From NCBI GenBank assembly GCA_964016885.1, contig OZ024748.1, forward strand, positions 31,992,001 to 32,056,000: a stretch of 64,000 nt of DNA, given 5' to 3'. This document shows positions 40,673 to 54,919 of the stretch, piece by piece. Below the pieces are notes generated by a model, which was given only the letters and a program-made list of their open reading frames with translations, made no database searches and had not been told where the DNA came from. A program made the position numbers and the translations under genes. This DNA is from Eledone cirrhosa (lineage: Eukaryota). Position 1 is the stretch's first letter, and each line of letters opens with the position of its first letter.

Positions 40673-42361
40673 CTTCCGATTTGTCTTGCGGCAAGTGATT
40701 TTTTTTTTTTTTTTTTTTTTCAGTCGCCGAAATAGCTTGTGGTTAGAAAAAGCTATCTCACTTACCGCTTTTCACAGGCGCCGCTAAATTCCACTGCAGG
40801 TACTCCTCTTCCACGTGCGTCCAACTGCTTAACACCGGGAGCTGCCCAAAACTCGCGTCCACACCGTGTACTGGTCACCACTAGAGAGAGGCTCTCTCCT
40901 GGCCCTTCCGGTCGAGCATCCTTCCGGCCAAAGACCCCTTCCAGTCGAGCACTCCCCCACACCCTTCCGGTCGAGCACACCCCCGCCTCCGGCCACCGAA
41001 CGCCACACCATACCCACACTATCTTCACCCCCCCCCCCCCTCTATATCATGCTGGTTCGCCCCCAATCCCTTCCTCTCTCTCCAAATATAAAATAACTCC
41101 TTTGCAAGTACGAAACCTCAGAAAACGCCAACCCAATCTTTGCTTTTCTATTCGATAATTCTAGCGTATTTTTCAAAACAAATCTTGTATTATGTTTTAT
41201 GCTTGTTAAATTATGCCCAAAATACGGGGATCTTATTTAAACATTAACCTTAATTCTGACGTATTTTTCAAAACAAATCTTCGTATATATTTTATATATA
41301 TTTTGTTATGCTTGTTAAATTATGCCCAAAATACGAGGACTTTATTTAAACACTTAACCTCTGCTCCCTCCTATCTTCACCATCCCCCCTCTCTATATCA
41401 TGCTGGTTCGCCCCCAATCCCTTCCTCTCTCTCCAAATATAAAATAAATCCTTTGCAAGTACTAAACCTCAGAAAACGCCAACACTATTCAGGCTAGGCT
41501 GCTAAGACGGTGTAATGTAACGTACAAATATTTCTTCACTCTTCTCACCATTTTAATTCCCTAGTCCATTCATCAATCTGTATCATTTTTCCCAGAATCC
41601 AATTTTGCTTTACTATTCGATAATTCTAGCGTATTTTTCAAAACAAATCTTGGATTATTTTTTATGCTTGTTAACTTATGCCTAAAATACGGGGATCTTA
41701 TTTTAACCTTAACCTTAATTCTGTCGTATTTTTCAAAACAAATCTTTTTATATATTTTATATATATTTTGTTATGCTTGTTAAATTATGCCCCAAATACG
41801 AGGACTTTATTTAAACTCTTAACCTCTGCCCATTCCTATCTTCACCCCCCTCCCCTCTATATCATGCTGGTTCGCCCCCAATCCCTTCCTCTCTCTCCAA
41901 ATATAAAATAAATCCTTTGCAAGTACGAAACCTCAGAAAACGCCAACCCAATCTTTGCTTTTCTATTCGATAATTCTAGCGTATTTTTCAAAACAAATTT
42001 GTATTATTTTTTATGCTAGTTAAATTATGCCCAAAATATGGGGATCTTATTTAAACATTAACCTTAATTCTGTCGTATTTTTCAAAACAAATCTTATATA
42101 TTTTATATATATTTTGGTATGCTTGTTAAAGTATGCCCAAAATACGAGGACTTTATTTAAACTCTTAAATAAATTCTGCTCCTTCCTATCTTCACCCCCC
42201 CCCCTCTATATCATGCTGGTTCGCCCCCAATCCCTTCCTCTCTCTCCAAATATAAAATAACTCCTTTGCAAGTACGAAACCTCAGAAAACGCCATCCCTA
42301 TTCAGGCTAGGCTGCTAACACGGTTTAATGTAAGGTACAAATATTTATTCACTCTTCTCAC

Positions 42362-44291
42362 TATAGCGAAGATACTGGGTTGTATGAATGTAACAAAACG
42401 AGGCATAGTTTGTATGTATAATATTTAATTAACAATGGTAGATAGTATAGTTGACATGTCAAAGAAATAGATGAAAGAATGAAACAAAGTTAGTCGTTAC
42501 CGTTTTGATTGCCAGGCAAACGCGGCTGGCAGAAGACGCCTGGCTAAGGCCAGGCGCCGGAAGGCAAATGAGAGAGAGAGAGCCGAAGGCTATTCGTTTT
42601 ATAGGGCTCTGACCGGAAGTTACAGAAAAGGTTCTACTTCCCGTCTAGATGTTAATCTATTGGGGTCACAACAAGGGAGACAACCGCCACATAACCTCCC
42701 GCCAGAATTTTAGGATATAAAAATCGAATGAAAATATGTAGCAAGTTGGCGAGAATGTTGTAACAGGCATGAAAATTACGACAAAAGAATGTTTGCAAAA
42801 ATCAATTATAGATATCAAGGTAGCCAACCGCTCTTGGCCAGAGAACGACTGGACATCTATCTATCCATCACCCAAAGATACAATGTAATAAAGTAAGAGA
42901 AGGGCTCAAAGTTCAAATGTACCAAATATAGTTCACGGGTGTGCAATCACATGACAGCAGGAAAGAAAGTGTGTTCCAGAGAATGAATGTAGGTGGTTTC
43001 TGTTCTGTGGTATATCGTGAAATTTCCAACCTCCGAATGGATTTTCTCACAGGAAGAGTGCTGCAAAAATAAATTCTCTGGCTTTGGTTGTTGGTGAAGC
43101 TGTGTTGATGTTGTTGTCTCGCTGAGTGAGCGTATTCGGTGTTAAAATTCACAGTAAAAAAAATTTTTCAGAAAAAATGAGTTGCACAAAGTGCTAGAAA
43201 TAGCAGCCGAAGTTGATGGTCGATGTTGAGAATGCGTTGACCTGGAAGGGTCAAGAGGCCAGCGACCAAAGAAATAAACATTCTGAATAAATGCGCAGTT
43301 TTCAACGGCAAATTAACGTGGTAAATTTTTAAACCGGCAAATAGGAGAATATAGCTTAAGGCTGAAGAATCCTTGGCGAGAAACGTTATCTCTGGCGTGC
43401 GGCTATCTCTGTGAGTCGAGAATTTGTGCTGCCTACACGTGCCAATACAAGGTTGAAAAAATAATATTTCTAACGCGCGAGAAAATGATAGTGCAAGTGT
43501 GAAAGTGACAATGCTGAAAAAGAAAGGCTTCACTTAGCATAATTATTGGTGTGAAGTTTGGAAAAAAAACTTGAACGATGAAGAAAACGATGAAAAAAAA
43601 AAAGGCAATGGTCCATCGAAAATAAATGTTCCTGTTTTTTAAAAAATATCAAATTTCTTTTTTTTTTTTGTGTGTGTTTTGAAAGTGTTCGTTGTAAGAA
43701 ACGAGAAACATGTATATATATCGTGAAATGCGACAGTTAGTTGATGCGTGAGAGAAAAAGTCTGTCTGTGCGAAAATTTCACATGTGCGTGTGTCCGTTT
43801 CTTTGACTGAGTATTTTCATAGTTTGTCAATAAATTTGCTGTGTATTCGTAATGTTACTCACACAACTCCAGAATCTGCTATTTTTTTCTTTTTTCGGGG
43901 TGACCACTTATAGCCATGAACGGCTGCGTGTTCGTATCACATCAGGGTTACCAATATAGCGAAGATACTGGGTTGTATGAATGTAACAAGGAATACATTG
44001 TTTGTGTAGATAATATTTAATCAACGATCATGGATTTAGATAGAACAGTTGCGCAAAGTGCTAGAAATAGATGAAAGAATGAAACAAAGTTAGTCGTTAC
44101 CGTTTTGATTGCCAGGCAAACGCGGCTGGCAGAAGACGCCTGGCTAAGGCCAGGCGCCGGAAGGCAAATGAGAGAGAAGGAGCCGAAGGCTATTCGTTTT
44201 ATAGGGCTCTGACCGGAAGTTACAGAAAAGGTTCTACTTCCCGTCTAGATGTTAATCTATTGGGGTCACAACAAGGGAGACAACCGCCACA
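42362..44291 (-). mobile_element. Non-autonomous LTR element (LTRs 42362-42691 and 43955-44291), 4-bp TSD TCAC, inserted in the satellite
   Basis: TSD at 42358-42361 and 44292-44295; PBS TGGTAACCCTGATGTGAT (tRNA-Trp-like); PPT ggcgggaggtta. Confidence 0.9.
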
Positions 44292-47200
44292 TCACCATTT
44301 TAATTCCCTAGGCCATTCATCAATCTGTATCATTTCTCCCAGAATCCAATTTTGCTTTACTATTCGATAATTCTAGCGTATTTTTCAAAACAAATCTTGT
44401 ATTATTTTTTATGCTTGTTAACTTATGCCTAAAATACGGGGATCTTATTTTAACCTTAACCTTAATTCTGTCGTATTTTTCAAAACAAATCTTCTTATAT
44501 ATTTTGTTATGCTTGTTAAATTATGCCCCAAATACGAGGACTTTATTTAAACTCTTAACCTCTGCCCATTCCTATCTTCACCCCCCCTCTCCCCTCTATA
44601 TCATGCTTGTTCGCCCCGAATCCCTTCCTCTCTCTCCAAATATAAAATAAATCCTTTGCAAGTACGAAACCTCAGAAAACGCCAACCCAATCTTTGCTTT
44701 TCTATTCGATAATTCTAGCGTATTTTTCAAAACAAATCTTGTATTATTTTTTATGCTTGTTAAATTATGCCCAAAATACGGGGATCTTATTTAAACATTA
44801 ACCTTAATTCTGACGTATTTTTCAAAACAAATCTTCGTATATATTTTATATATATTTTGTTATGCTTGTTAAATTATGCCCAAAATACGAGGACTTTATT
44901 TAAACTCTTAACCACTGCTCTCTCCTATCTTCAGCATCCCCCCTCTCTATATCATGCTGGTTCGCCCCCAATCCCTTCCTCTCTCTCCAAATATAAAATA
45001 AATCCTTTGCAAGTACTAAACCTCAGAAAACGCCAACACTATTCAGGCTAGGCTGCTAAGACGGTGTAATGTAACGTACACATATTTCTTCACTCTTCTC
45101 ACCATTTTAATTCCCTAGTCCATTCATCAATCTGTATCATTTCTCCCAGAATCCAATCTTTGCTATTCTATTCGATAATTCTAGCGTATTTTTCAAAACA
45201 AATCTTGTAATATTTTTTATGCTTGTTAACTTATGCTCAAAATACGGGGATCTTATTTAAACCTTAAACTTAATTCTCTCCTATTTTTCAAAACAAATCT
45301 TCTTATATATTTTATATATATTTTGTTATCCTTGTTAAATTATGCCCCAAATACGAGGACTTTATTTAAACTCTTAACCTCTGCCCATTCCTATCTTCAC
45401 CCCCCCCCCCTCTATATCATGCTGGTTCGCCCCCAATCGCTTCCTCTCTGTCCAAATATAAAATAAATCCTTTGCAAGTACGAAACCTCAGAAAACGCCA
45501 ACCCAATCTTTGCTTTTCTATTCGATAATTCTAGCGTATTTTTCAAAACAAATCTTGTATTATTTTTTATGCTAGTTAAATTATACCCAAAATACGGGGA
45601 TCTTATTTAAACATTAACCTTAATTCTATCGTATTTTTCAAAACAAATCTTCTTATATATTTTATATATATTTGGTATGCTTGTTAAAGTATGCCCCAAA
45701 TACGAGGACTTTATTTAAACTCTTAAATAAATTCTGCTCCTTCCTATCTTCACCCCCCCCCCTCTATATCATGCTGGTTTGCCCCCAATCCCTTCCTCTC
45801 TCTCCAAATATAAAATAACTTCTTTGCAAGTACGAAACCTCAGAAAACGACATACCTATTCAGGCTAGGCTGCTAACACGGTGTAATGTAAGGTACAAAT
45901 ATTTCTTCACTCTTCTCACCATTTTAATTCCCTAGTCCATTCATCAATCTGTATCATTTCTCCCAGAATCCAATTTTGCTTTACTATTCGATAATTCTAG
46001 CGTATTTTTCAAAACAAATCTTGTATTATTTTTTATGCTTGTTAACTTATGCCTAAAATACGGGGATCTTATTTTAACCTTAACCTTAATTCTGTCGTAT
46101 TTTTCAAAACAAATCTTTTTATATATTTTATATATATTTTGTTATGCTTGTTAAATTATGCCCCAAATACGAGGACTTTATTTAAACTCTTAACCTCTGC
46201 CCATTCCTATCTTCACCCCCTCCCCTCTATATCATGCTGGTTCGCCCCCAATCCCTTCCTCTCTCTCCAAATATAAAATAAATCCTTTGCAAGTACGAAA
46301 CCTCAGAAAACGCCAACCCAATCTTTGCTTTTCTATTCGATAATTCTAGCGTATTTTTCAAAACAAATCTTGTATTATTTTTTATGCTAGTTAAATTATG
46401 CCCAAAATACGGGGATCTTATTCAAACATTAAAACCTTAATTCTGTCGCATTTTTCAAAAAAATCTTCTTATATATTTTATATATATTTTGTTATGCTTG
46501 TTAAATTATGCCCAAAATACGAGGACTTTATTTAAACTCTTAAATTCTGCTCCTTCCTATCTTCACCCCCCCCCCCTCTATATCATGCTGGTTCGCCCCC
46601 AATCCCTTCTTCTCTCTCCAAATATAAAATAACTCCTTTGCATGTACGAAATATCAGAAAACGCCATCACTATTCAGGCTAGGCTGCAAACACGGTGTAA
46701 TGTAACGTACAAATATTTCTTCACTCTTCTCACCATTTTAATTCCCTAGTCCATTCATCAATCTGTATCATTCCTCCCAGCATCCAATCTTTGCTTTTCT
46801 ATTCGATAATTCTAGCGTATTTTTCAAAACACATCTTGTATTATTTTTTATGCTTGTTAAATTATGCCCAAAATACGGGATCCCAAGTATTTTACTTTTA
46901 ATGCGTACCTTATAAATTCTTTAATTTTTAACCTTCAATCCCTAACTCTTAGGCCTTTTCAAATTCTCTTAACTCCCTATAACCCATCCCTTTTACAACT
47001 CCTACAACTAATATAAAAGAGCCCCCTTAGAATATAGTCCCCAAATATACAAGCGGAGCTGTTGATGTATACCACGATTTCAAACTGTTAATCTTGAATG
47101 AAACGTTGATGTAAATAATGAACTTACAATCTCCTGTTATATGCCTTGTGAAAGACCCACCATATGGTCGGACGAACCGGCTGTCGTCAATAAACTTGTT

Positions 47201-47342
47201 ATAATGTCATAATAGTTCTTTTGTTCTTTTTCATTAATATTTCTGCTCTGCTTATACGGATAGAGCTTAACTAGCTACCGTCGCATATTTGGTAGGTCAG
47301 GCGTGATCATCGCGATTCACGTACGACCTACCATACATATTA

Positions 47343-47385
<43 letters not shown>

Positions 47386-48279
47386 GTGACACAAGATATA
47401 ATTAGATTAATTAAAGTTATAATGAAGACAGCAGGTACGCGGTGTCGTTGGGGATGTTTCAACTCTATTACCGGTGTCATACGTTAAAAGTCTCTGATAT
47501 AATTTAATACCTTCAGACACGGTTCCAATTGTATTTAATTGATTGTAAATCAGAAAGTAACACTCAATAAAATATCAATTATATATCAATAAGAGAACCT
47601 CTACGTAGTCTCTCTGGCTGCTAGAAATAGCAGTGATATTATCCCTTACAACTGTTGTCTCTCTCTCTCTATATATATATATACATACACACACACATAT
47701 ATGTACGTATGTGTATATATGGGTGTGTATATGTGTAAATAGGGGTTTGGTATATCTACGTTTGGTGAACATATGTGTATTTACCTGTAGGTATGTGTGA
47801 GTGTGCGTTCTATACGCATTTATGCGTGTATATTTATATATGTATATACACAAACACACATATATTTATATGTGTATTTGGTGTATACGTTCGTACGTCT
47901 GCGGGTATATGTGTCGAACCGGTTTACGTCCGTGTGCATGTATTTATGTGTACGTGCATGTATATGCATGCGTGCCGTGTGTTTTCGCATATGCACGTGT
48001 ATAAATGTGTGTATGTATATATTTAATTATTATTACTTTTATGGTTTTAATAACCTCTCATATTTTCGTTCAACTAATTTATTTACATTATTCTGAACTC
48101 CGAAGCCGAGAATCATTCAGTTACCTAAACGGTATATTAGTCTACGACTCCATTTATACCATAAACGTGATTTTGTCTTTACGTGTAATTGTTGTCTTCG
48201 CTCCACTTAACGACGTATTATCTTCGCTTTTTTACGTTCATTGCCAGGGAACGTCTTCACGAATCAAAGCATAAATTAT

Positions 48280-48355
<76 letters not shown>

Positions 48356-48389
48356 GTGTGTGTGTGTATATTCATATATTGTATTTATC

Positions 48390-49745
48390 CTCATTACAAT
48401 TTAAACTCCATTTTACATGCTAGCATGGGTCGGACGAGTGGTCCTGTTCTGCGAAAACTTATATCAAATAACCGTGTCTTGCTCATGCAAGAACCATTTC
48501 TGGTTGGTTTCTACAGCTGGATGCCCTTCCTAACTCCAACCACATTTACAGTGTGGACTTGGTATTTATCGTTGTGTTGCTAACATGACCAACCTACAGG
48601 GTGTACTGGGTGCTTTTTGTTGTGTCATCATCATGATAACCACCAGCTAAGAGAGCAGACTTGGTGCTCTTTGTCATGTCACCAATTTGACAACTTTGAA
48701 GGGTGGTTCGGGTGCCTTCTGTCTTGCCACTAGCATGACTACTTTACAGAGTGGGCTAGGGGCCTCCTGTCATGTCTACCTCACAGGGTGGACTGGGTGC
48801 TTATTTCTCATGTCACCAGCATAACTACCTTGCGGGGAGGGTTAGGTGTTCTTTTGTCATGTTACCTCACAGAGAGGGCTTGGTGCTCTTTTGTCATGAC
48901 ACCTGCATGACCACCTTACAGGGTTGTCTGAAGGTTTAGCCATTTCAGCAGCTTTGGAGGAGAGCATGTTAAGCTTTCCATACTTGTATTCATGGGTTGG
49001 TCAAGAGAGGTGTATCAGATGTGTAAGTAGGGATGGGGTTGTGTGTATGTAGGGTGGGGATTGGAAAGATAGGTCAGGGTAGGGTACTTAGCTGGTAAGG
49101 GGGTGGAGTTTTAAGATGTAGATGGGGGAAAATTGGAGCATACTTCAAACCACTAAATGTATGCTTCATCCCGTGCACATGGCAATGCAGGTCTCCTGCA
49201 GTACTGTACAACGCCAGAGATTTCAATCCTGTGTCATCACATTTGAGAGATACAATGATGTCAGGTCAGTTTTTACCTCCTCATTCCAAGGTCTTCCTCC
49301 TCCATCAATTTCAAGATGTCAACCTTTTATACAGCATGTATTGTATTTTATTCTTCATGTATATAAATATTTTCTTCTTCATGTATATTAATATTACACA
49401 TCCATCGGAGAATTCAAGCTTCATTTCTATCCAATCTTTGGAGGTCCTGTGCTCACATTGCAGATCTCACTGCGATGCAGCATTGCTGTTCATATGCACA
49501 CATAAATTTGATGAAACAACCTTTTGTAGCTAGCAGTATTAGTAGCACCCTAAACCTTTGCCATCTTGTTCTTACTCTGGTTACTGTACTTTCAGAACAC
49601 CTATCTACGGAACCCTTTAAATATTTGATAGAGCTTCTCTCCTAAAATCAATAGCTTCTTACTGCTCCAGTGCAATGACCCCACGTAAAACCTACGTTCT
49701 TAATTAACTTACCTTGTATCTCACTAAATCTCTTGTGTACCCAGA
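48390..49745 (-). mobile_element. Old degenerate RTE 3' part with ~50-bp tandem repeats in the 3' UTR (48585-48930)
   Basis: ctacagctggatgcccttcctaac 3' motif; eroded RT C-terminus. Confidence 0.7.
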
Positions 49746-49999
49746 GTAAATAATGTTTCATATACATAACATGTATGTGTGACCATTGGTTTCCGAGGCC
49801 ATTTATGGCCACCACTGTTTATTGGGGGAGGGATGGAGGCACTTCCAAACAGACCCTTTGTCGACCCATGCCGACAAATATATTAACAGGAAGTTCTTTC
49901 CTCCAACAATCTTTACCTCAAACAGAGGAGAGTTTCATATTGTCAAAAAGGGAGGTAAATCTTTAGTGGTGGAATTGTCAGTCTTAATTATATAAGTAA

Positions 50000-51481
50000 C
50001 TAGCAGAGGTACCTGGCGTAGCTCGGGCATTAAATAGCTGTCATGTATAGCATTCATTTCAATAACTCAGTGCTGCTTCGAAAACTATACTTGTACACAA
50101 TCATCTTTTTCCAAAAGGGGGTTCCTGCCCCCGAGGAATCCCCTACTCAATATGTGCCAATTCTGAGTGTCCCAATTCATCTGTAGCACATACGTAGCCC
50201 ATGTGTAAAGTTTCGTGAAAATCGGTTGCGAATTCCAGAAGTTATGACGCTTTGTTTCATTGCACTGCAGTGCTTCAGTTGACTCCAAGGAAGCGGTTAA
50301 AGGGGGTTATCTGCCCCTGGGGGGCTCTATAATCAATATCTGGAAAAATGAAAGTGCCAATGACCATCCGAAATACATAAGTAACCTATGTCTTAAATAC
50401 AACACTGCTTGTAGCTTTCTAACACTCTTGCAGTAGCTTTACGTTCCGCATCTTGCGATTGTCTAATTGCAGCCTCCACTGACGATTCCTTTGCTTTTCT
50501 TCTTTTCCCTCCCTCAGCTTTCACCGTTTTTCGACCAATGGCCGATATCTTCTTTGAAGGCCTTATCTAAGGAAAGACGACGTAACACACTAAGACGAGT
50601 AAAATGTTAACCAACAATTATTTCAGTTTAGCACATGTGACGTGATTGTCACAGTGATCCAGAGACATCATTCGTCCACCTAGGGGCCACATTAAACAAC
50701 ATATGGAAAATGTTATGAGACTACAACCCTTCTGGGAACATAACCCATGTTTGTTCCAAATTTGAAGAAAATCGGTTGCAAACTGTAGAAGTAATGTAGG
50801 TACGGACATACACACACATCCTCAGTTTTATATGTATATATATATAGATGCATGTTTGTGTGTGTGTGTATGTGGATATTGTAACTTCCCGAGACACACA
50901 CAACACACACAGTCACAGTACGTCTTGTGTGAAAGAGAGAGAGAGAGAAAGAGACGTAAGGTCGAGGAAGGGGGAGAGTTAAACAGTGTGTAAAGAATAA
51001 ATAAATAAAAGTTAAAGTTATCGATCGCTATCATTTTCTCCCCTTCCCAATCCCCCACACTCTCTTTCTCTCTCTCAACCCCTCTCTCTCTTTCGCTACA
51101 GAATGGAGAACAATCAAGAACGCACATTGTCGTCTGCTTTGGTTGAAATTTCTTTATGTATATTTCTAATAAGTTGTTGCCTCGTTTTGGAGGACTGAAT
51201 TGTGGGAGGAGGAAGGGGAGTAGTGGGAAAGAGGGTTTAACATACAGTAGTAGTATCTCCTCTTCCCCCTCTCTCATCGAAACGTCTTCTCTTTCCTCCT
51301 ACATTGTAAAGTTGTCCCCAGGGGTTCCATGATTGATTTTTATTGAAATCTAATTAGCCAGTCCTGTTTCTGAATATTAGCTTAACATGTGTGTAAAGTT
51401 TCATCAGGATCTGATCACTGGTGTAGGCGCCGACTGGTTATACACAGATACACAGACAGAAATTGCCATTGATATAGTAGA
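50000..51481 (-). mobile_element. Non-autonomous Helitron
   Basis: Minus strand A|TC...cccgagctacgccagg (imperfect hairpin)...CTAG|T; no TSD. Confidence 0.7.
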
Positions 51482-51494
51482 TTATACACATATA

Positions 51495-52115
51495 GAAATG
51501 GTTGATAGCTTTTACAATCCAGATGACTTAATTAGCAGTGGAGGAGGCTGCTCTGAAAGATGAATAGGTAGAATAAGGATAGGATGGAAAAGGTTTAGAG
51601 AGCTATTGCAACAGTTGACCACAAAAGGTTTCTCTCTCTGTACAAAAGGACGACTCTATGACGCCTGTGAGTGATGTGCAATGATGTATAGTAACGAAAC
51701 AAGGGCTGTGACTGCAGAGGATATGTAGACGAGCGAGAAATGCAACAACCATGTTTTGTAGGATATGTTGTGTAAGTGTGAGAGAAAGGTAGAGCTTGGA
51801 CAATTTCAAGAAGAAGCTGGGTTTAAGAGTGATCTGAAGTGTCGTGTAAGAAAGAAGACTGTTTGACATGGGATGCACATAGATAATGACCACTGGGTGA
51901 AGGAGTGCCAGGAAATCCCAGTAGAAGGAAGCCATAGTAGAGGTTGACCAAGAAAGACCTGGACAGAGTCTGTTTGAACTGACTTCAAATAACTGACTCG
52001 CACAAAGGAGATGACAAAGGAACACGACGAGTTGAAAGATGCTATGTTGAGAAGGATCTGTCCAACCCAAGCAAGCATGGAAAAACGGACATTGATGATG
52101 TTGATGAAGATGACG
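51495..52115 (+). mobile_element. Degenerate RTE 3' fragment
   Basis: RIRIGWKRFRELL..LTTKGFSL..KGRLYDAC; tail gatgatg. Confidence 0.8.
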
Positions 52116-52767
52116 TACATATACACACATACATAATAAATCAATCAAATACTTATATGATGATGATGATATGCAAACATAGATACAAACATATACATGA
52201 ACACAAATGTCTACAGACATACATTCACATATATATAACGTATGTAAATTCTGAACAATACAGTTTTGTCAGCACAAGTCTTAGTTACAACTTCTACAAA
52301 TAAAATGAAAGAAGAAGAATTTCTTAGTAAAACAGTTTTATTCCAAATATTAACATTGGTGGCACTATTTGGGGTGAGTGATATGGTTTTTATCTTGTCT
52401 AATTGTGTTACATTAAGTAATCTTTACAAGAGAACGAATTATCACAGACATAACAGTGATATAGTTCCTCTCCTGTAGATATTAGTGTGTAGTGAAGTCA
52501 CAACATTTAGAGAAGCATTTACCACAGACATCACAGTGATATGGTTCCTCTCCTGTATGCGTTAGTGTGTAGTGAAGTCACAACATTTAGAGAAAGATTT
52601 ACCAAATATATCAAAGTGATATGGCTTCCCAGCTGTATGTATGTGTTTGTGTGTAGTTAATTTAACATTCAAAGAGAATGATTTCCTTCAGATGTCACAA
52701 TGATATGTATTTGTATTCTCATTAATTCACAAATTTGAGGGAATGATTTATCACTGATGTCAATGTG

Positions 52768-53785
52768 TTATGATTTCTCTTCTGAATGTATAAGTTTGTG
52801 AGTAGTTAGGCTACTTTTTCCAGAGAATGATTTACCACAGATATCACAGTGGTTTGGCTTGTCTCCTGCCTGGGTACGTTTATGGTTGTTTAAGGAACTA
52901 CTTTCAGAGAATGATTTACCACAGATATCACAGTGATATGGCATCCCTCCTGTATGTATACGTTTGTGAGAAGTTAAGCGACAACTTTCACAGAATGATT
53001 TACCACATATATCACAGTGACATGGCTTGTCTCCTGTATGTATACGTTTGTGCTTAATTAAGGTACTACTTAAAGAGAATGAATTGCCACAGATATCACA
53101 GTGACATGGCTTGTCTCCTGTATGTATACGTTCATGTGTAGTTAGGCTACTTCTTTGCGAGAATGATTTACAACAGATCTCACAGTGATCTGGTTTATCT
53201 CCTGTATGGGGACATATGTGAGTAGTTATGTGAGTACTTCGAGAGAATAATTTACCACAGATATCACAGTGATATGGTTTCTCACTTGTATGGGTACGTA
53301 TGTGAGTATTTAGGTAACTACTTCGAGAGAATGATTTATTACAGATCTCACAGTGATATGGCGTGTCTCCTGTATGGGTACATGTGTGGCTAGTTAAGTG
53401 ACTAATTTGAGAGAATGATTTACCACAGATATCACAGTGACATGGCTTGTCTCCTGTATGCATACGTTTGTGTTTAATTAAGGTACTACTTACAGAGAAT
53501 GATTTACCACAGATATCACAGTGACATGGTTTCTCACCTGTATGTGTACGTTCATGTATAGTTAGGCTAATACTTACAGAGAATGATTTATCCCAGATAT
53601 CACAGTGATATGGCTTATCTCCTGTATGTATAACTTTGTGAGTAGTTAAAGTACTACGTTTATTGAATGATTTACCACAGATATTGCAGTGATATGGCTT
53701 CTCTAACCTTCGTCATCTCACCAGGAATACTAAACATTTTCAACTGTGTTTCACATTTAATCTTCGTTGTCAATTTATTTTGCAT
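52768..53785 (-). CDS. Tandem C2H2 zinc-finger gene 2 (11 fingers, two with lost ligands; frameshifted leader, possibly pseudogene)
   Basis: Finger frame is open from ~53713 to 52768. Leader ATG 53785 ([13 protein letters not shown]) stops at 53672; an internal ATG at 53463 gives 8 fingers. Flanks are paralogous to gene 1. Confidence 0.85.
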
Positions 53786-54137
53786 AATGATTTCTTCTTC
53801 AACAGAATATACAAATGTTTTACTTGTAATATTTTTCATATTATTATTCTTGTAAAATATTTCTTCTTCTATATTTCCCTCAACTGTGATTCAAGTTAAT
53901 ATCTGAAGATAATACAAACTTATGTTTCATCCAAGTTTAGTTAAAATACAAAATCATCTCATACTAAAGAAAATAATCTCAGTTTTGAGGAAATATTTTA
54001 CAGTAATTAGAAGACTGATTTATATAAGCAGTGTTATATAAGGTCTGTTTAGAAAATTTTAGTCTTAAAATTATGATAAATAGAGGTGATGTATCCAAGA
54101 TTGAAAATAATAATTTATCCCAATGTCATCTGATATT

Positions 54138-54156
54138 CTGAAATAAGAAAGAAACA
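54138..54156 (-). promoter_or_regulatory. 3' splice acceptor of the finger exon, gene 2
   Basis: tttctttcttatttcAG|aatatc. Confidence 0.7.
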
Positions 54157-54919
54157 GTATGAGATAATACAGAAAACTTTAGAAACAGAGATATCAACTT
54201 TCCTGTCCAAAGGAATTCTCTCTAATATAAGCAGTGGTATTCCAGCTTGTTATATAAGTTATATATTTCTATCTCTTCAGAGGTCTGCTCTATGGCAGTT
54301 TAGCAAAAAAAATCATTCTTATAGGAGTTATAAGAAAGAAACAGTATGAGATAATAGAGCATACTTAAAATACAGGGATAGATTTAACAGTGGAAATTTT
54401 ACACTCTTACTATATTTCCCAGCATCGTAGATGTTACTTTTTCCCTAATATAAGTCTCAAAAATCTACCATACTTCCTGGAGGCCGAAGGTTGTTTGTTA
54501 TTTTTTTTCAAAAATCTTGACGACTTTGGCGCCGGTAAAAACGGTACATTGGTAAACTGTAGAAATATACCTGTGTGATGTTTATTTATATAAACCAAGG
54601 CTATATATATGTCAAATTACAGCTGCACCATCACTATAGTGGTGTTATCTAATACAGGCCCCCCCAAACTGTGGTAACCTTGTGAGATGGGTTTGGTTCG
54701 GCCAACTAACTACCCTCCCCAACTGGTCAGCCCTTATCTAACCATACCACCCAGTACCAGTCCCTATAACTATGGTAACCTCATGAAAAGGGTTTGGCAC
54801 AGCTGGCTGACCACCTCTCCTCATAATGGTGCCACCCAGTACCAGGCCCCAAAATTATAGATCCGCTGTGAGATGGGTTCAGTGCAGCCAAGTGGCCTGT
54901 CCCTCCTCATAACAGAGCC

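Larger units (their letters stand above)
37655..46880. repeat. Satellite of alternating ~466 and ~350 bp monomers (~815-bp dimer) with a ~1975-bp higher-order unit
   Basis: Recurring atgcccaaaatacggggatcttattt; marker positions 41213/41678/42027 and 44767/45233/46049; 38764 vs 40739. Confidence 0.92.

Noticed and set aside
39237-46276. Repeated MPKIRGSYLN... ORFs as a peptide gene family
   Set aside because: Incidental frames in satellite monomers; lengths and frames vary with homopolymer indels
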